From contig OZ025710.1 in NCBI GenBank assembly GCA_964019335.1, positions 372,001-436,000 on the forward strand: a stretch of DNA of 64,000 nucleotides, given 5' to 3'. The notes under the pieces are model-generated. The model was not told the origin of the DNA. It was given only the letters and a program-made list of their open reading frames with translations, and made no database searches. Within the stretch, counting starts at the first letter, position 1. Every line of letters starts with the position of its first letter. This document shows positions 37,403 to 47,683 of the stretch, piece after piece. The DNA is from Diplonema japonicum (Eukaryota > Protista > Euglenozoa: Diplonemea). Both the position numbers and the translations under genes were made by a program.

Positions 37403-39094
37403 TTTATAAAAAAAAAAAAATAAAAAAAAAAAAAAGACTATACTACTGCTCTTTTTTAGTCTTTTAAAAAAAAAAAAACTTTTTGGAATTTTTTTATTGT
37501 CCACCATTTTCAACGTTATCTTGAACTTACCATTCCTCTCCCAACTGTACGGGAAAAATCCGCAAACTTTTTTTTTTCTTCCCTGTACTGTTGCTTTGAA
37601 CACACAAAACTTATCCCCCCCCCCCCTCCTTTTTTCACTTCCCCTTCCTTTATCCCAACTTGTTTTTTTTTTCTTCTTCTTTTTATAGTACCCCACCCTT
37701 TTCACCTTGTCTCTCGTCCTTTCTTCTGTGGAAACATACCTCATGGAAGCAAAGAAGGGAGTAGAGATGTGGTGGGTGTGGGGTACCTGTATTATTATTT
37801 ATTTACCCTTCCTCTTCTTTTTTTAAAGAAAATAAAACCAGACCATAGGAGGTTTTTTTTTTTTTTTTTTTTTCCTTGTCTTATGGTACGGGTGCTTAAA
37901 CTTTGTTTGAAACAAAACAAAAGCGGCCTTATAGGTATAAAAAGCTGAAGTAGCTTTATCTTCTCTGGTACGCTGGAAAAAAAAAAAAAAAAAAAAAAAA
38001 AAAAGAAAAGCCCCGTTTCCTCCTTCGTGTCACACACATACACAAACCCCCTACACGGGACTACTGATCAGGAGGAGTTCATTATAAAGTTTAATCCCAA
38101 GACTCCCGCTATTTGTCTTTTTCTTTTTTTTTTTTTTCTTTTTTCTCTTGTTGCAGGAAGAATGGAAGCAAAGAGAGAAAAGAGATGGGGGGGGGGGGGG
38201 GGTTTCTCTCCCCCCCTTTTTCTCCTCCTTTTTTTTCCCCCTTTTTCTTTTCCTTCTTCAAAGTCACAATTAAGTTTGGTGCGAGATTTATTTATAAAAA
38301 AAATTTAAAAAAAAAAAACCGCAACATTTTTTTTTTTCCCTTCTTTGTATTGGTCAAATAGCAACCTCCCCCTTTTCTCCTTTTTTTTGCTCCCCCCCCC
38401 ATCCCGTTCTTATTTTTCAACTTGTGAAACTTTTTTTTTTCCCGCTTCAAAAAAAAAGAAACTATAAAAAAAATTGTCAAAATTTAAAAAGGGCAAAAGA
38501 ATTTAAAAAAAAAAACGAGTAAGTAAGAAGGTAAAAGAGGCTTAAGTAAAAGGGAAACCAACAGAGGAACACCAAAAAAAAAGGGGTGCTTGTTTTAAAG
38601 GGGGGGTTTGTTTTAAGAAAGAAAAAAAAGGGGTGTTCCAGACCCTATGGTTTTTTTCTTCTTTTTTTTGACAACCTCTCATTTTAAGTTCCATTTACGT
38701 TCCCTAGCTGGTCTACTTTTTACTCATTATGCCTCTTTACTCCGCTGCCTTTCACTCACTCTTTTTTTTTTTCTTTTGCTCCCCACCTTTTGTCGTCTTT
38801 GGAAAAAAAAAAAAAAAGAAAAAAACCAACGTTTGCGCTATGATTTCTGCGTAAATAAACTTTTCCCCCCACTTTTTTTTCGACACTCCCCACCCCCTCT
38901 CCTTTTTTTTTTCATATCTTTGCAACAACAAAAAAAAAAAACACTTCCTCCCTCATTACTCTACTATTATAAAAGAGTTCTATTTTTTTTTTTTACTTTT
39001 ATCCAAAAAAAAAAAACTTTTCAAAACCATTTACATTCCTTCAGGAGGGGAGGGTGGGGGGGAGGACGGAGGAGAACGAGGGAAAAAAAAAAAA

Positions 39095-40465
39095 ATGTTT
39101 GCAGATAGACAATCAGTAAGCTTCACAGACCCAGGCCCACCACCAACAGGAGTGAAACCAAAGAGAAAAGGCCACAGTGTGAAGGACGCCGGAGGAGAAG
39201 TAGTAATCTGCACCCCATGGCTGCCTGAAGGGTGCAGAAAGTACGACGTTTGCCTAGCAGACGAGATTACCATATTTTCCCAATTCGTAAGCATGACAGC
39301 AAAAGAAAAAAACCTGAGAAACATCATCGTAAACTCGGTGAAGCACTGGGTATACTGTGTGTTCCCTACAGCAATAATCCAGATATACGGAAGCTTCGCC
39401 TACGGCACCTGCACACCCTCGTCGGCACTAGATGTGAAATGCGAGAACTGCCACGGCATCTCAGCACTACTACCAAAATACTCTGCATCGCTAAAAAACC
39501 AAGGTTTTAAAATCGTAACGACAATGTGTCAAGGTCCGCACTCGGGTTTTTTGCAAATCGAGCACACCGAGGAACGCATAGTGGTCAACATCGTCATGAC
39601 ATCTGAAGAAACCTCAACACGCGAGTTCACAGACACCATCCAAGGATGGATCAAAGAGTTCCCCGGGTCCGTCCATGTCCACGCGACCCTCCGCCACGTT
39701 CTGTCTCAAGTTAGATGCGGCGATGTAAAAACAGGAGGCTTGTCGGCAATAGCTTTGCTCCTAATGGTTATCCGTGCATGCAGGGCTGTGTTGCCCTCTC
39801 GTGATAACGGTGAGGTCTTGCATTGGTTCCTTCAAGAGTACGGTGCGGAGTTCGCGTACTCCCAGCACTGTATTTCAGGGTCGGAAACAGGTGTTAAGGT
39901 GAAGACCTCGGAGGACCAGCTTTTTATATGCGACCCTACAGATGAGGCGAACAATCTCGCTGCTACCTGCACAAAGATCCAACAGATAAAGTCACAGTTT
40001 TTATACTGTCAAATGGCATTGTTGAAATGGTGTCCTGGGCAGTCCGGACCGAAGGGTTACAAAGGCCGAACCCCACTGTCAACGTTGATCTCGCACCAGT
40101 TGCTGTGGGACAGGGTCGACAACAACAAAAAAGAAGCAGCTGGGGGGAAGGATGTTGTCCTTGCGAAAATCGGGGGGATTGCCGGGCCCGACATTGATCA
40201 GATGGAGGTTCCTGTGAAGCGGGACAGCACAGCACCCCAACAACAACGGAGAGCAACAGTCAGCAGCGCGGGGGGCAGCAGCAGCAATTGGAATTACCTT
40301 GCTAGGTCTTCTCTCTCCTCTTCTCTTGACTGCCCTGCTTCTCGACAATCGCATTTTAGCAGCGATTTTGGACCCATTCCCTCTGTCTCCGATCCTGACT
40401 GGGTGTGGGACATTGCCTCTGATATTTGTAACGCCAACAGAAGAGAGTTGGGTGAGGGGGCATGA
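39095..40465 (+). CDS. Trf4/PAPD5 (TENT4)-like non-canonical poly(A) polymerase family protein with a degenerate catalytic triad
   Basis: YGSFAYGTCTPSSALDV matches hGS...DxD, DVKTGGLS matches the TGG motif, and LFICDPTDEANN matches the PAP-associated domain end. Confidence 0.85.
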   Translation: MFADRQSVSFTDPGPPPTGVKPKRKGHSVKDAGGEVVICTPWLPEGCRKYDVCLADEITIFSQFVSMTAKEKNLRNIIVNSVKHWVYCVFPTAIIQIYGSFAYGTCTPSSALDVKCENCHGISALLPKYSASLKNQGFKIVTTMCQGPHSGFLQIEHTEERIVVNIVMTSEETSTREFTDTIQGWIKEFPGSVHVHATLRHVLSQVRCGDVKTGGLSAIALLLMVIRACRAVLPSRDNGEVLHWFLQEYGAEFAYSQHCISGSETGVKVKTSEDQLFICDPTDEANNLAATCTKIQQIKSQFLYCQMALLKWCPGQSGPKGYKGRTPLSTLISHQLLWDRVDNNKKEAAGGKDVVLAKIGGIAGPDIDQMEVPVKRDSTAPQQQRRATVSSAGGSSSNWNYLARSSLSSSLDCPASRQSHFSSDFGPIPSVSDPDWVWDIASDICNANRRELGEGA

Positions 40466-41479
40466 CACTTTTTTTTTTTTTTTTTTTTTTTTTAAACCCT
40501 TTATTTGTCGAGGTTTTGGATAACTTAAGAGGGAGAGTTTAACTTAACACCCGCTCTCTCCCCCCTTCCCCCCCTCGTGTGTGTTTAAATTGGGCGATTT
40601 GTTGAAAAAAAAAAGATTTTTTTTTTAAATTATTATTTGTTAGAATCTATGAACTTCTGTGGGAAAAAGAAAAAAAGGGAGGGACGGGGGGGGGATCCTT
40701 TTTTTTTCTTCCCACCCCTGTTCCTGATACCCCGTGTGAACCCCTTTAAAACTTTAGTTTAATTTTAAGCAAAAAAAGAATACGAAAGAAAAGGAAAAAA
40801 AAAAGTAGTACATAAGGGGCGGTCAGTAGCCATCCCGATAATTTCGCGCCATCCCATCTCTCTCTCCATTGGGTTCTCTTTCCATTCAACAAGGAAAAAA
40901 AAAGGAGGTGTAAGTGCAAGAAGAGGAAAAAAGGAACAAGTTTTACTCCTTCCCTCTTCTTTTTTTTCTCTTCCCCTCTAGGCATCGACCTTCAGGGGTA
41001 AAGAAACGTCGGGGGGGGCTTCTTTAAAAAAAAAAGGAAAAAAAAAAGCTTAGTTCGCAACAACGAGTATTTCTTTATTAGGTAAAATAACTCTCGTGCA
41101 AGCTTTCTATGGCTAATCTTAATTGCTGTAGTACCAAAAAAAAGAAATCGGTAATGTTCTTCTTCCCCCCCCTTTTTTTTTGCAACAGCCGCATAATAAC
41201 AAGCGTTGTTGCTCCCATTATTGGGAAAAAAAGGGGGGGGGGATGAAAATCCTGCATCATTGTTTTAAGGTTTTTGTTGAAAATGACCCTAAACAAAAAA
41301 AAAAGAGAAAAAAAAAACATTTTTTTTTCTTGTCCCTTTTACCCCTCCCCTACTGCTTCGCACTACCCTATGTTTCTTTTCATTTTTTTTTCTCTTTTCC
41401 CTTTCTGTGCCCTGTCAAGAAGCGGGATAAAGAAACAAAAACAAAAAAAAAAGAAAGAAACATTGGGGAGAGAGAGAGA

Positions 41480-41589
41480 GGGGGGGGGGGGGGGGGGGTC
41501 AAATCAGCCTTAAATAGTCTGCTGGAAAAAAAAGTGACTTTATCGACGTCTGTAAGGCTAATATGACCCCCCCCCCCCCCCCCCCCCCC
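41480..41589. mobile_element. Short foldback/MITE-like inverted repeat with poly-G and poly-C termini
   Basis: The left arm is Gn-TCA-AATC-AGCCTTA (41480-41512). The reverse complement of the right arm is Gn-TCA-TATT-AGCCTTA (41553-41589). The spacer is 40 nt. Confidence 0.5.
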
Positions 41590-41594
41590 TACCC

Positions 41595-41748
41595 CTGTGA
41601 GACGAATCGGTTTTCGCATTTTCGCATTTTCAGATCCCTCGCATTTTCAAATAGTACAAACTAGGTGAAGACTTTGTACACCACTGTAGTACCCGTCGTC
41701 TATCAGGAGCTGCGAAAATGTGATGCGAAAATTCGAGTTGTATCACTG
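41595..41748. mobile_element. MITE-like element (about 154 bp) with imperfect TIRs and TTTTCGCA subterminal repeats
   Basis: The left end is CTGTGAGACGAATCGGTTTTCGCAT and the right end reverse complement is CAGTGATACAACTCGAATTTTCGCAT. I found no convincing TSD. Confidence 0.55.
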
Positions 41749-42571
41749 CTATGCCTAGACCCTGGGGGGGGAGGAACAAAAGAACAAAACCATTTAGCGT
41801 GACTATGTTTAGTGTTACTTACGGCAGGTAATTCTTTCTCTCCCCACCCTCTCTCTCTCCTTCCCTTTCCCCCATTCTCCACTTGCCGGAATAGGAAACT
41901 ATCAATATGCTAGCGTCGGGGCTCTCTCCTCAAAAAAAAAAAAAAAAAAAAAAATGTGTTCATTTTTGGTCTTCCTCTTTCTACACCTCCCCCCCCTTTT
42001 TTTTGTTTTACCACCGTATTTTGAAATAATAAGGATTCTTTATTGTAAAGGCAGTTAGTTTTTTTTTGGGGGGGGTGGTGGTTTCTTCCCCCCTTCCCCG
42101 TATTATCTGTGGATTGTGGCAATACGGCGCCCGTCCTCTGCCAAAGCATGGAGGGGATTGGAAGGGAAAAAAAAAAAAAAAAGAGGGGGGAAAGAACTAA
42201 ACTAAAAAAAAAATGTTTTTTTTTTATTTCTCCGTCCCTCCGTGTGCTTCAAAGTGAATTTCCCCCCAGAAACGTTTTTTTTTTCTTTTTTTTTAAACCG
42301 GGGAAACCTTGATGGGGTGGAGAGCCCACCCCAAGCGTGGCGCCAATTAGCATCACCCTCAACAGAGAGTCCCTTATCTTATATCGAACAAGGAGGAGGT
42401 TTCACCTGAAGGAAGAATTCGGCGGACGTCACACACAAGCCGGCAAAACTCAAAAATCTAAGCTTGAACTTGCTACGACGGGCGGCTTTCGGACACCCAA
42501 ATTCACGAAGAAAGGGGTTTGGGCCACCTTCCCCTCTCCCCAAGTTATTATGTGTTATGTATACCTTTTGT

Positions 42572-42606
<35 letters not shown>

Positions 42607-42744
42607 TTCTTAGTCATGCAAATATCGTCTCTTACTCGTTTGATACAAAAAAAAAAAGAAAGAAAAAAGATTTTTTTTAAAAAAAAGTTTGGGCACGGCG
42701 AAGCGTAAAATGCGCAGACCCCCCCCCTATCTTTTTTTAAATTT

Positions 42745-42780
42745 TTTTGTTTCTTTCTGTTGTTCCCAAAACCCCACCAG
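42745..42780 (+). promoter_or_regulatory. Putative (trans-)splice acceptor: pyrimidine tract plus CAG, 3 nt upstream of the ATG
   Basis: The sequence reads tttttgtttctttctgttgttccc..ccaccag|gtaATG. Similar candidate AG sites precede other genes (about 43947, 45962, 49290, 61639). Confidence 0.45.
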
Positions 42781-42783
42781 GTA

Positions 42784-43716
42784 ATGAATAGCTCTCAGTA
42801 CGACGAAGTGTGCGGCCTGACCATGGGGCGGAAGCCCTCAACAGGGACGGCACAAACCGGAAAAATGCAAAACGCAGTAAGGTCCGTGGTGGCTGGGAAC
42901 AGAATCGACACAAGGGTGTACGGAAAAAGCTGGAACACCTTGCCAGAGACCGCACAACGCGACGCCATCGAGGCCAAGCGCCTCGCACGCGCCGAAGAGC
43001 GAAAAGAAAGGGAAACTGCTGCAAAACAACGTCTCAGCATGGATGCCATCCCCACCCTTCTACGACGAAACTCGGAAACCCCTGAAGTCCTCAAAATGAG
43101 GGGCCTCCACACCACAGACCTCAACGAGCTGCAATCAGAAATCGTATGGTCCAAAGCATGGTACCTCACACAGGAGGGCTCTCAACCTGTCCTCTCAGGG
43201 AAACCACAATACCCCAACAGGAAGGAGGCTGGTTGGGCGGATCAAAAAAAACTGGAAAATTTGGGGGTGGCTTATATCAAACTTCCTCGTGATGATTTGA
43301 CCAGCCTGAACAAACTTGTAGCGGACAGAGGGTACACCTCCATGGAGAGGCAGGAATTGTCTGAAGAGTGCACCGATCTCCACGAGCTGTCTGCAGAGCA
43401 CTACTGCATGTCGGAGACTGTGGCCTTCGTTGCTGCTGGGTCGTGCTATTATGACTTTCGTGATGAGAAGTCTGCCATTTTGAGGATGCACCTTTCAGAG
43501 CACGACCTGCTCATCATACCGCCTGGCATCTTGCACAGAACTGCTCTCGACCAGCAGTGTTCCCTGTCCCTGTTACGCTTCTTCGCCGGCAGCAAGGAAC
43601 TGGTCTTTAAGAACGACAGCAGCACGCAGAGCCAGGCAGTCCGTGCCTCGTACCTCGCGTCGCGCAAGCGGAACTCTGTTCTTCAAGACAACCATATCAT
43701 CGGCCACACCCAGTGA
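42784..43716 (+). CDS. Acireductone dioxygenase (ARD/ADI1, cupin)-like protein with an N-terminal extension and altered metal ligands
   Basis: KAWY..LENLGVAYIKL..RGY..EH..GSCYYDFRD..DLLIIPPGILHR..LRFF..R..YL aligns with the ADI1 pattern. The first ATG is at 42784; the ORF track used a TTG. Confidence 0.85.
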   Translation: MNSSQYDEVCGLTMGRKPSTGTAQTGKMQNAVRSVVAGNRIDTRVYGKSWNTLPETAQRDAIEAKRLARAEERKERETAAKQRLSMDAIPTLLRRNSETPEVLKMRGLHTTDLNELQSEIVWSKAWYLTQEGSQPVLSGKPQYPNRKEAGWADQKKLENLGVAYIKLPRDDLTSLNKLVADRGYTSMERQELSEECTDLHELSAEHYCMSETVAFVAAGSCYYDFRDEKSAILRMHLSEHDLLIIPPGILHRTALDQQCSLSLLRFFAGSKELVFKNDSSTQSQAVRASYLASRKRNSVLQDNHIIGHTQ

Positions 43717-43973
43717 CGAGTGACGAGGGCACACCTAGTGACGGGGGTTTGTGTTTGTATATAAAGATTTTGTACAATACTTCCTGCAGCCAGGCTAATG
43801 GAGCAGGATTCCTGTCTTATGGCGGGGGTTGGTTTACTTTAATTATTTTCTTCTTCTTTCTGTTTCCGGTGTCTTTTTTGAGTTTTGTTTATTCTCGTTT
43901 CTATTTCTCGCAATTGTCTTGGCGGTGTCACACACTCAAACACACAGATTCTCATCTCACTACATTCACCAAA

Positions 43974-45530
43974 ATGGCCTACTCTCCCCGCATGAGCCTC
44001 CTGCACCCCACCGCCGTTGTGATCGACGACCCCATGCACACCGCCATCGGCCATGAGCACGCCGTCAATGAGGCTGTGACCCGCCATGCTGCTGTGGATG
44101 CCTCTGCCCGTGCTGGTGTCTACGCCTCCAGCGCTGCCGTTGCCAGTGCCTCTGCTTCCAACGCCAGAGTGGGTGCTGCTGTGCAGTCCGAGAGGACCGT
44201 CGCACAGGCGCATGCTGCTGCTATTGCAGACGCACACAGCCACTCTGCAGCTGTTTCTCACAGTGCTGCTCTTGCGGATGTGACGGCCTCTGCCGCTGAT
44301 GTCGGTGGGAGGTCAGTCGAGTTCAGGGGTGCACAGCTCGGTCTTGCTGCCGCCGAGAGCACTCTCACGGCAGCTGGTCTTGCTGCCGGTGTTGCTTCGA
44401 GGGAGGCTGTTTTGAGAGACACTGATGCTGCGGCAGCCGCCGTGAGGGCACGCTCCCTTGACAACGAGAGAGCGGCACATGCTGCCAACGCTGGTGTGAC
44501 CAAGGCACGAGCCACTGTGGCGACTGCAGATGCCTCAAGTGCTGCTGCTGCTGAGAGGGCTGTTGCTGCTCTTGCTCAAGAGGCTGCTGCTACCGCTTCC
44601 CTCACCAAGGCACAAGCATCTGATGCTGAGGTGACTGCTGCTGCTGCTGAGAGGAGGAGGGCCGAGGCTGCCGCAGCTGCAGCTGCTGCATCCGCTGCTG
44701 CTCGTGAGGCGGCTGCCACTGAGAGGGCCGCTTGCACCGCTCTTGCTGTTGCTGGGAGAGAGGCCGACACTGCCAGGGTGGCTGCTGCACACGCCCGTGC
44801 CCAAGCATCTGCGAGTGAACAACAGGCCAGGACAAGAGCCCTGCAACATGGGGCGGCACAAGCGGATGCGGTCAGTGCCGCACGCAGGGCTGCTTCTGAG
44901 GAGGCTGTGGCAGCAAGTGCCCACTCGAGGCTTGTCCTTGCAGACAGGGATGCGAAGGCGGCCGGTTTCGATGCTGGTGTGGCGCATACCTCGGCTGCTG
45001 CTTCGCGAATGAACCTCGCCGACAGGGCGGCTCAGGAGCACGCGGCAAGGGCGAACGCTGTTGTGGCGCACGCGTCTGTTGAGAGGGCAGGGAGGTCGCT
45101 GGCATTGTCGGAGGCGAACCACGTGAGGGCGACGAGCCAAGAGGCGGTGTCGAGGTCTGTGCGTGATCAGGCCGGGGCCCACGCTTCGATCGAGCGTGTG
45201 AGGCACCACCAGGAGGAGTCCGCTCTGGCCTCCGCGCAAGCAAGGGCCGCCTATGCCACCACCACCGAGGCTGCTGCCCACGGCACAGCACACCTTGCAA
45301 ACGTGGACGCAGCACACGCCTCGAGCATCCACCACCACGCCTCCGTGACAAGGGCCGTGCACGATGCCAGCCCCCGAAGGATGACCATCCTTGACACCCT
45401 GTCCCCCTCCAGGGCACACGCTGCTGCGCTTGCTGTCTCTCCTAGATCCCCAGTGAGCCCCATCATCGATGCCAAGCTGAGGGCCCTTGGCTCTCCTGTT
45501 GTGAGCAGCCCTGGGTCCAGGTACTACTAG
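43974..45530 (+). CDS. Ala/His-rich, Pro-free helical protein, long paralog (518 aa) with Ser-Pro clusters at both ends
   Basis: The start context caaaATGgcc is shared with the second copy. The region is a near-identical tandem duplicate with coherent codon usage. Confidence 0.85.
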   Translation: MAYSPRMSLLHPTAVVIDDPMHTAIGHEHAVNEAVTRHAAVDASARAGVYASSAAVASASASNARVGAAVQSERTVAQAHAAAIADAHSHSAAVSHSAALADVTASAADVGGRSVEFRGAQLGLAAAESTLTAAGLAAGVASREAVLRDTDAAAAAVRARSLDNERAAHAANAGVTKARATVATADASSAAAAERAVAALAQEAAATASLTKAQASDAEVTAAAAERRRAEAAAAAAAASAAAREAAATERAACTALAVAGREADTARVAAAHARAQASASEQQARTRALQHGAAQADAVSAARRAASEEAVAASAHSRLVLADRDAKAAGFDAGVAHTSAAASRMNLADRAAQEHAARANAVVAHASVERAGRSLALSEANHVRATSQEAVSRSVRDQAGAHASIERVRHHQEESALASAQARAAYATTTEAAAHGTAHLANVDAAHASSIHHHASVTRAVHDASPRRMTILDTLSPSRAHAAALAVSPRSPVSPIIDAKLRALGSPVVSSPGSRYY

Positions 45531-45984
45531 GTTCATTATTCACTGCTTAACGGTGTTCGAGAATCAGATCGCAGTTCGTGAATTGTGGATATGTAAGAAA
45601 GTAATAAAACGAAAAGGGAATAAGAAAAAACAAATCACCTGTATCACCTGCCATTGGCAACTGTTTGTACTTCAACACCTCTTGTATCATGTTCACTATC
45701 CCATCCCAGTCCCCTATCCCATCCAGCCCCCCTATCCATTTCTCGACAATGTGGTCCCAACGCGAAGAAGAAGACCGAGAGAAAATGAATTCCACGCACG
45801 TCTTTGGAAAAGTGTTTTTCCAAAAGAATCCCGTCCATCCCTCCCTTATGTTTCTACGACTTGTTTGTGTTCTCTCTCCTCCCATGTGTCCCTGTTTCTT
45901 TTCCCCATTCCCAGATTTCTTTTTGTGATCAGTTGCCGCCGGTCGTCTGCCCAGCCACACAGATCTCACTACATTCACATCAAA

Positions 45985-47433
45985 ATGGCCTACCTGCACC
46001 CCACAGCCGTTGTGATCGACGACCCCATGCACACCGCCATCGGCCATGAGCACGCCGTCAATGAGGCTGTGACCCGCCATGCTGCTGTGGATGCCTCTGC
46101 CCGTGCTGGTGTCTACGCCTCCAGCGCTGCCGTTGCCAGTGCCTCTGCTTCCAACGCCAGAGTGGGTGCTGCTGTGCAGTCCGAGAGGACCGTCGCACAG
46201 GCGCATGCTGCTGCTATTGCAGACGCACACAGCCACTCTGCAGCTGTTTCTCACAGTGCTGCTCTTGCGGATGTGACGGCCTCTGCCGCTGATGTCGGTG
46301 GGAGGTCAGTCGAGTTCAGGGGTGCACAGCTCGGTCTTGCTGCCGCCGAGAGCACTCTCACGGCAGCTGGTCTTGCTGCCGGTGTTGCTTCGAGGGAGGC
46401 TGTTTTGAGAGACACTGATGCTGCGGCAGCCGCCGTGAGGGCACGCTCCCTTGACAACGAGAGAGCGGCACATGCTGCCAACGCTGGTGTGACCAAGGCA
46501 CGAGCCACTGTGGCGACCGCAGATGCCTCAAGTGCTGCTGCTGCTGAGAGGGCTGTTGCTGCTCTTGCTCAAGAGGCTGCTGCTACCGCTTCCCTCACCA
46601 GAGCTCAAGCATCTGATGCTGAGGTGACTGCTGCTGCTGCTGAGAGGAGGAGGGCCGAGGCTGCCGCAGCTGCAGCTGCTGCATCCGCTGCTGCTCGTGA
46701 GGCGGCTGCCACTGAGAGGGCCGCTTGCACCGCTCTTGCTGTTGCTGGGAGAGAGGCCGACACTGCCAGGGTGGCTGCTGCACACGCCCGTGCCCAAGCA
46801 ACAGCAAGTGAACAACAGGCCAAGACAAGAGCCCTGCAACATGGGGCGGCACAAGCGGATGCGGTCAGTGCCGCACGCAGGGCTGCTTCTGAGGAGGCTG
46901 TGGCAGCAAGTGCCCACTCGAGGCTTGTCCTTGCAGACAGGGATGCGAAGGCGGCCGGTTTCGATGCTGGTGTGGCGCATACCTCGGCTGCTGCTTCGCG
47001 AATGAACCTCGCCGACAGGGCGGCTCAGGAGCACGCGGCAAGGGCGAACGCTGTTGTGGCGCACGCGTCTGTTGAGAGGGCAGGGAGGTCGCTGGCATTG
47101 TCGGAGGCGAACCACGTGAGGGCGACGAGCCAAGAGGCGGTGTCGAGGTCTGTGCGTGATCAGGCCGGGGCCCACGCTTCGATCGAGCGTGTGAGGCACC
47201 ACCAGGAGGAGTCCGCTCTGGCCTCCGCGCAAGCAAGGGCCGCCTATGCCACCACCACCGAGGCTGCTGCCCACGGCACAGCACACCTTGCAAACGTGGA
47301 CGCAGCACACGCCTCGAGCATCCACCACCACGCCTCCGTGACAAGGGCCGTGCACGATGCCAGCCCCCGAAGGATGACCATCCTTGACACCCTGTCCCCC
47401 TCCAGGGCACACGCTGCTGCGCTGTACTACTAG
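45985..47433 (+). CDS. Ala/His-rich helical protein, short paralog (482 aa)
   Basis: It matches 43974-45530 except for about 10 substitutions and two in-frame indels (18 nt and 90 nt). Confidence 0.85.
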   Translation: MAYLHPTAVVIDDPMHTAIGHEHAVNEAVTRHAAVDASARAGVYASSAAVASASASNARVGAAVQSERTVAQAHAAAIADAHSHSAAVSHSAALADVTASAADVGGRSVEFRGAQLGLAAAESTLTAAGLAAGVASREAVLRDTDAAAAAVRARSLDNERAAHAANAGVTKARATVATADASSAAAAERAVAALAQEAAATASLTRAQASDAEVTAAAAERRRAEAAAAAAAASAAAREAAATERAACTALAVAGREADTARVAAAHARAQATASEQQAKTRALQHGAAQADAVSAARRAASEEAVAASAHSRLVLADRDAKAAGFDAGVAHTSAAASRMNLADRAAQEHAARANAVVAHASVERAGRSLALSEANHVRATSQEAVSRSVRDQAGAHASIERVRHHQEESALASAQARAAYATTTEAAAHGTAHLANVDAAHASSIHHHASVTRAVHDASPRRMTILDTLSPSRAHAAALYY

Positions 47434-47637
47434 GTTCATTATATCCGCACGGAAGGAAAAAGAACGAAGATGAGAAACTGTTGTAATATTTGAATTGATT
47501 CTTCAATAGATTTCCTTCCACCCTCTTTTGTTGTATTTCTTACAAGTTTGTGGCAAGCAGTCGCAGAATGGTGTGGGCTTCTTAACGAATAGTGAGCACT
47601 CCTAACTCCAAGCGGCTTTGTCGTACTTTCTCTCCTT

Positions 47638-47683
<46 letters not shown>

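Noticed and set aside
8210-37744. Very long antisense ORFs (2382, 2564 and 4816 aa) and many shifted-frame ORFs over the giant gene
   Set aside because: They are shadows of extreme GC3 bias. The sense frame almost never uses TTA, CTA or TCA, so the antisense frame lacks stops. The translations are low-complexity R/A/L/V with no domains.
37497-39094. Short F/K/G/P-rich ORFs here and in other spacers
   Set aside because: They are translations of poly-T, poly-A, poly-G and poly-C tracts.
45431-45520. The 90-nt segment absent from paralog 2, considered as an intron because it ends in CAG
   Set aside because: It begins TG rather than GT/GC, cannot be slid to a canonical donor, is in frame, and encodes a coherent SP-rich peptide. 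A non-canonical intron cannot be fully excluded without RNA data.
43713-45984. N-terminal extensions of the Ala-rich ORFs from 43713 and 45553, and of the ARD ORF from 42760
   Set aside because: They use non-ATG starts running through pyrimidine tracts. Homology between the two paralogs begins just upstream of the ATGs at 43974 and 45985.
43974-47433. Type I antifreeze protein identity for the Ala-rich pair
   Set aside because: No evident 11-residue Thr periodicity is present, and there are many Arg/Glu/His residues. Ala richness alone is insufficient.
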